This document shows, piece after piece, positions 59,056 to 64,000 of a stretch of DNA of 64,000 bases. The stretch is taken from the NCBI GenBank assembly GCA_965116885.1, contig OZ220741.1:2944001-3008000 (forward strand), given 5' to 3'. The position numbers and the translations under genes are program-made. A model generated the notes under the pieces. The model did not search any database, was not told the DNA's origin, and worked only from the letters and a program-made list of their open reading frames with translations. The first letter of the stretch is position 1; each line of letters begins with the position of its first letter. The DNA is from Candidatus Latescibacterota bacterium. Lineage in GTDB: Bacteria; Latescibacterota; UBA2968.

Positions 59056-61629
59056 CTAACGTTTATCCAGTGCCTGTTCAATCAGGTGGAGGATGTAGCC
59101 GGTGTGCGCTTCGGTGCTCGCATCGGTTGTTTTTTTCGTTTTGAGCATGTTTTGAATGGCTTTGAGGTTGTGCAAGGCGATGGCGCGAGATGCATGGATC
59201 CGCTTGCTTTCGGGGTCGGTGATGCTGATGAGTCGATTGACGTATTCAGCCTGCAAGTTCTGGCGGAAAGAATTGACCGTGCCTTCGGCGTCTGCTGCAA
59301 AGACGGCATCGGTCAAGTCGGTCATCATATCGGACAGTGCGTATTCGTTGCCATAGAGCGCGGTGTCGAGCAGGCGGGCCTGGACCGTGGGGTGTAAGAG
59401 ATGGCTGAAGACGCGTTGTTGAATGCCGATTACGCGGTCGTGAATTTTGGGGTCTTCTGGGGCACGGGAGAAGCCGAATCCGCGTCGTTGTTCCTGCAAA
59501 TGGTTATAGAGTTCGGGCGGCATATCAAATGCTTTGGGCGATAAGACGTATTTGGCGAGTGCGTCCATCGCGCGTTTCTGGTCGGCGAGAGCTACTGGCG
59601 TGAATGGACGGGTTGCGCCGGGTTGACCGATGACCGCGCGATCGACGTAAATGCCGCCGATATAACGGGAGAGGACGGTTGCGGCATTGCGATGTTGCGC
59701 CGTGAGAATGAGGTAGGCCGTTTTCAGTTCGTGATAGGTGTTGCCCGGGGTGTTGTATTTTGCGAGGATTTTATTTTTGACGTCGTTTGCCAGTTCAATC
59801 CGACCCGTGGCGTGGGCAATGGCATCGCTGCTGAGGTCGTAGATCATCACGCGCGGGTCGATGCCGCGATTCGACGAGCGCATGTCGTCGGCGTCATTGC
59901 CAAACATGAGTTCGGGTTCTGTGGAGCGCGCGAGTATTTTTTCGAGGCGTTTTTGTTCATCTTTGATATTGTTCCGCCCCGGTGAATACCCAAATTCAAT
60001 AGCCCAAATATCATAGGGACCCGGGCGTGTGGTGTAGTAATGCCCCTGTTTTTGACCGGGCAATGCGAGGTTAACGCCTGGATAGTCCATGACCGAACCG
60101 GTGAGGCCCATTTTGCCGGTTCGGCTTTTATCGTGCAGTTGTGCTGGGGTGTGAAGTTGACTGGATTTCATGTTGTGGTTGAGACCGAGGGTGTGGCCGA
60201 TTTCGTGCAGGATGAGATAGTAGATGCTCTCTTTGAGCAGTGCGTCAACTTCAATTTTGGACGCGCCAGAAACGCGCAGGGTCTGGGCGCCAAAGAGGTT
60301 GGATGCATGTAGCTCGTGGCCCAGGGAACAGTATTGCGGCATGTCCGAATCGGCGTTGGGTATTGCGTTGTCAAAGAGCTTGTCATAGCGCAGGCTGCTC
60401 GTGAGAAATGCAAATTCGAGCATGATGTCGGCACCCAATATTTGCCCGGTTCGCGGGTTGACAAAGCTCGGCCCATACCCGCCAAATGGTGGATTGGGTG
60501 ACGAGGTCCAGCGCAGGACATTGTATCGGATATCGCCAGCTTCCCAATCGGCATCATCGGGTTGTTCTTTGATCTGTACGGCATTTTTGAAGCCAGCGGC
60601 TTCAAAGGCGATATTCCAGGCAAGAGCCGCTTTTTTGATGGTTGGACGCAATTCGTGCGGGGTGGTGTTTTCGATCCAATAGGTGATAGGTACGACTGGT
60701 TCGGAGCGTTTGGCTTTGGGATCCCTTTTTTTGAGGTGCCAGCGGTGAATCAAATCGCGATAAGGCGTCGCGCTTTTGGAGGTCAGGTCGGTCACTTGCG
60801 TGCTGAAGTAACCGACGCGCGGGTCGTCAAATCGCGGTTGGTAATCATTTTTGGGCATTTCGATTAGTGTGTGTTGCAGGGTAATCGTGACATTGCGGGC
60901 ATCGGTTATGCCGTCGCCACCGCCTTTGGGGTTGGGATTTTCATAGGTGTAGGCGATGATGAAATCCGTGTTTTTGGGATAATTTTTGATGGATAGACAT
61001 TTGGTTTTGGTTTTGCTGAGTCTCCCCAGTGAAAAGTTTTTGCGGTTCTGCGTTCGGTTGACGCGATGGAGTGCTTCTGTGAGGAAAATACCGTCGGCTT
61101 TGATGAGGATGTTGCCGGTGGAGTCATTGCGCGCCGCGATTTTTTCCGATACGAGAATAGAAGGGCTGATGTTGGCTTTGGCTGCGCGACTCAAGGCGTT
61201 TTTGGGATCGAAATAGTACGCGGTGTTTTCAGAGATGATTTCGATTTTGTCAAAGTGCTTCTGAATGGAAAGCACGCGGCTGCCGCGATAGTTCCCCATG
61301 TATGTTCCCGCTGATACGGGGGCGTTAACGGTGTGGGTGAAGTAGATGTATTCTTTGCCGATTTGCGATTCGCGGATTTGCAATTGCAACGCGCCTGTGG
61401 TCGTGTCTTCATAAACGGTGAAGAGACCGGGATACTTGCGGCTGGATTTGGTGAGGTCGGCTATGGTTTTCTTGGGTGTGTCTTTTTTAGGCGTTCCCTT
61501 TTTTTGAGTTTTTGCGGAGTCTTGTTTGGCGACCTTTGTCGAATCCGCAGGTTGTTTTTCCTGCGCCTGAACGGAGAAAGCGATTCCAAATACAAGGGCG
61601 ACTGCGATTAATAGGCGTTGAATATTCAC
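59056..61629 (-). CDS. Secreted zinc metalloprotease (DUF5117/DUF4953, EcxA-like metzincin)
   Basis: Signal peptide; DPRVGYF, WNIAFE.AGF, HEIGHTLGLNHN, Met-turn SVMDY, YD.WAIEFGY. Confidence 0.92.
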   Translation of the reverse strand: MNIQRLLIAVALVFGIAFSVQAQEKQPADSTKVAKQDSAKTQKKGTPKKDTPKKTIADLTKSSRKYPGLFTVYEDTTTGALQLQIRESQIGKEYIYFTHTVNAPVSAGTYMGNYRGSRVLSIQKHFDKIEIISENTAYYFDPKNALSRAAKANISPSILVSEKIAARNDSTGNILIKADGIFLTEALHRVNRTQNRKNFSLGRLSKTKTKCLSIKNYPKNTDFIIAYTYENPNPKGGGDGITDARNVTITLQHTLIEMPKNDYQPRFDDPRVGYFSTQVTDLTSKSATPYRDLIHRWHLKKRDPKAKRSEPVVPITYWIENTTPHELRPTIKKAALAWNIAFEAAGFKNAVQIKEQPDDADWEAGDIRYNVLRWTSSPNPPFGGYGPSFVNPRTGQILGADIMLEFAFLTSSLRYDKLFDNAIPNADSDMPQYCSLGHELHASNLFGAQTLRVSGASKIEVDALLKESIYYLILHEIGHTLGLNHNMKSSQLHTPAQLHDKSRTGKMGLTGSVMDYPGVNLALPGQKQGHYYTTRPGPYDIWAIEFGYSPGRNNIKDEQKRLEKILARSTEPELMFGNDADDMRSSNRGIDPRVMIYDLSSDAIAHATGRIELANDVKNKILAKYNTPGNTYHELKTAYLILTAQHRNAATVLSRYIGGIYVDRAVIGQPGATRPFTPVALADQKRAMDALAKYVLSPKAFDMPPELYNHLQEQRRGFGFSRAPEDPKIHDRVIGIQQRVFSHLLHPTVQARLLDTALYGNEYALSDMMTDLTDAVFAADAEGTVNSFRQNLQAEYVNRLISITDPESKRIHASRAIALHNLKAIQNMLKTKKTTDASTEAHTGYILHLIEQALDKR

Positions 61630-61815
61630 GGTCGGATCTCCTTTCTGTTTTAGTCATTAGAGGTATCTTCTACGCAAAATTACCCAATTGTTTTAATATT
61701 TTCAAGTGTGTATTGTATATCGACTATATAAGCTATCAATTGACTTTATGTTTTTTTTTCTTATCTTTTGCGTTCAATTTTTTGAAGGATTGGATTACTA
61801 TCGCGAGGTATGACA

Positions 61816-62010
61816 ATGGCAGAGGAGGGAAGCGCGTGGTTGACGCCTAAGGAGATCGCGGATCGGTTGAGTAGTCGAAAAGCGCGAGAAGTGCAAGAAG
61901 ATTTGCTCTATGGGCGCCGAACACGGCGTGAGATATTGGATCTGGTGATGGAAGCTGTGGGCTGCAATGAATATTCGGCGGAAGATTTTTTGCGTGAAAT
62001 TGTGAAGTGA
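61816..62010 (+). CDS. Small hypothetical protein
   Basis: GAGGT RBS, helical charged 64-aa ORF, coding-like composition. Confidence 0.6.
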   Translation: MAEEGSAWLTPKEIADRLSSRKAREVQEDLLYGRRTRREILDLVMEAVGCNEYSAEDFLREIVK

Positions 62011-62108
62011 GTAAAAACGAGAAGCGATCACAGCCTGATTTTAGTATGTTTGCCGCGTATGAGATTTTCAATACGCGGCTCAATATTTTTTGACCTGTAG
62101 GGTTCGCC

Positions 62109-63770
62109 ATGTCTGAGGTTTCTAAATCTGATTATCTGGTCATTGGCAGTGGTATTGCTGGCCTCTCATTTGCGCTTAAAGCGGCAGAGACCGGGTCTGT
62201 CACCCTGATTACAAAAAAAGAGTTTCAGGAATCCAATACCAATTACGCACAGGGCGGTATTGCTTCTGTTTTGCATCCAGACGATTCGTTTGCGCTTCAC
62301 AGGGGAGATACGATTCAGGCAGGCGCGGGGTTGTGTCGTGAAGATGTGGTGGATATGGTGGTACAGGCAGGCCCCGATATGGTTAAGGCGCTCATTGCGT
62401 GGGGGGCAGAGTTTACGCGCGGGAGCGAGCGGTGTACAACTGAGTCAGACATTCCAAATCTCGCGCTTGGGCGCGAGGGCGGGCATTCAAAGAATCGCAT
62501 TGTGTATGCCGCCGATCTGACCGGGCGAGAGATTGAGCGGGCGTTGTCCGAAGCGGCGATAGCCCATCCCAATATCGCGTTGTACGAGCATCACATGGCG
62601 ATTGATTTGATCACGGAACACCATGTATATGGTTCGAAGGTCTCAACGCCGGGGAAAATTCAGTGTTGGGGTGTTTACGCATTAGATGCCGTACATGGAC
62701 AGGTGAAGACTTTTTTGGCAAAATTTACGCTGTTGTGTAGCGGTGGGAGTGGTCAGATTTATTTGCATTCGACCAATCCGCCCATTGCAACGGGCGATGG
62801 TATTGCCATGGCGTATCGCGCAGGCGCAAGCGTGGGCAATTTGGAGTTTATGCAGTTTCATCCCACGACGCTTTACCATCGGGATGCAGATTCATTTTTG
62901 ATTTCTGAAGCGGTGCGCGGGCATGGTGGCATTCTGGTGGATCGGGCGGGGCGGGCGTTTATGGCTGATTATCACGAGATGGGGCCTCTTGCACCTCGGG
63001 ATGTGGTTGCGCGGGCGATTGATAGCGAGTTGAAAAAGAGCGGTGATCCCTGTGTGTTTCTCGATATTACGCATTGTCCAGGTGCAGAACTTCAGGAACG
63101 TTTTCCCACGATTTATGAACGGTGTTTGCAATTTGGCATTGATATAACGCAGCAGCCCATTCCGGTTGTGCCCGCGGCGCACTATATGTGTGGTGGCGTG
63201 TTTACAGATACGGAGGGGCGCACGGATATCGAGAGGCTTTACGCTTCGGGTGAGGTCGCCTGTACGGGGTTACACGGGGCGAATCGCCTGGCGAGTAATT
63301 CGCTGTTAGAAGCTCTGGTTTTTTCAGATCGCGCGTTTTCCGATATCCAGCAGCACATCGATACACGGCTCGATTTTCCCGATGTGCCGACTTGGCAAGA
63401 CGATGATGTGTTTAATACTGAAGAATGGGTGTTGCTATCCCATGATCGGCAAGAAGTACAGCGTTTGATGTGGGATTATGTGGGGATTGTGCGGTCGGAT
63501 TTTCGCTTGAAACGCGCAGCCCGTCGCATTGGCGTGATTGTGCAGGAGGTCGAAGAATTTTATAAGCGCACACAAGTTACCGAGGCATTGCTGGAGTTGC
63601 GCAATATGACGACTGTTGCCGCGCTGACTGTGCGCTGTGCATTGTCCCGGCGCGAAAGCCGGGGGTTGCATTATACACTCGATTGTCCTGCGTCGTTCAA
63701 ATCTCCAGGAGATACGGTGGTGTCTGCCTGGGAGACGTGGGGCGCGGGACTGCCGGTGATTGAAGTGTAA
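62109..63770 (+). CDS. nadB: L-aspartate oxidase
   Basis: GSGIAGL, YAQGGIA, REGGHS..RI, QFHPT, SEAVRG, LHGANRLASNSLLE, ESRGLH. Confidence 0.98.
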   Translation: MSEVSKSDYLVIGSGIAGLSFALKAAETGSVTLITKKEFQESNTNYAQGGIASVLHPDDSFALHRGDTIQAGAGLCREDVVDMVVQAGPDMVKALIAWGAEFTRGSERCTTESDIPNLALGREGGHSKNRIVYAADLTGREIERALSEAAIAHPNIALYEHHMAIDLITEHHVYGSKVSTPGKIQCWGVYALDAVHGQVKTFLAKFTLLCSGGSGQIYLHSTNPPIATGDGIAMAYRAGASVGNLEFMQFHPTTLYHRDADSFLISEAVRGHGGILVDRAGRAFMADYHEMGPLAPRDVVARAIDSELKKSGDPCVFLDITHCPGAELQERFPTIYERCLQFGIDITQQPIPVVPAAHYMCGGVFTDTEGRTDIERLYASGEVACTGLHGANRLASNSLLEALVFSDRAFSDIQQHIDTRLDFPDVPTWQDDDVFNTEEWVLLSHDRQEVQRLMWDYVGIVRSDFRLKRAARRIGVIVQEVEEFYKRTQVTEALLELRNMTTVAALTVRCALSRRESRGLHYTLDCPASFKSPGDTVVSAWETWGAGLPVIEV

Positions 63771-63897
63771 TCCGCAGAAAAAAACGCGAGTGAGCGGTGT
63801 ACAACTGGCCGCCTGTCAGGCCAGTTCATTTGAGCGTTTTTCGCAGATGAACGCAGATTGACAACTGACTACTGACTACAGAATTTCAGGAGTTTTT

Positions 63898-64000
63898 ATG
63901 CGCGACGGCATTGCCGTGATTGATTTTGGCGGGCAATATGCCCATTTGATTGCCAATCGGATTCGCAGGTTGCGGGTTTATTCCGAAATTTTCCCGCCGG
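63898..64000 (+). CDS. guaA: GMP synthase, 5' part (runs off the window)
   Basis: [39 protein letters not shown]. Confidence 0.9.
   Translation, partial: MRDGIAVIDFGGQYAHLIANRIRRLRVYSEIFPP

Overview
Bacterial chromosomal window of moderate GC (roughly 50-55% by eye). It is mostly housekeeping and metabolic genes: RND pump, ahcY-metF, xth-tldD-pmbA-rsmB, sat, tRNA-Lys, moeA-moaC, RNase E/G, rplU-rpmA-mdh, dapL, gdhA, nadB and guaA. Sulfatases, LRR/NHL repeat proteins and FCB-type outer-membrane genes suggest an FCB-group, possibly sponge-associated lineage such as Latescibacterota or Gemmatimonadota (inference only). No CRISPR array, rRNA, transposase or integrase was seen. The most interesting accessory loci are: (1) two paralogous soluble beta-propeller/Y_Y_Y/sigma54 activators flanking a T4 Imm-like superinfection-immunity gene, which sits behind a consensus sigma54 promoter and paired enhancer palindromes; (2) an XRE-HTH fused to a catalytically degenerate class III cyclase domain heading ahcY-metF; (3) two tandem Schlafen/AlbA_2-RecG-C-wHTH genes with duplicated 11-bp-repeat leaders, bracketed by a duplicated terminator; (4) a lipoprotein fusing a LivK-type binding protein to an intact Cu/Zn SOD; (5) an AbiE type IV TA pair, a candidate cis-antisense sRNA, and two dispersed REP-like families. 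All calls come from reading the sequence by eye; no database searches were run.
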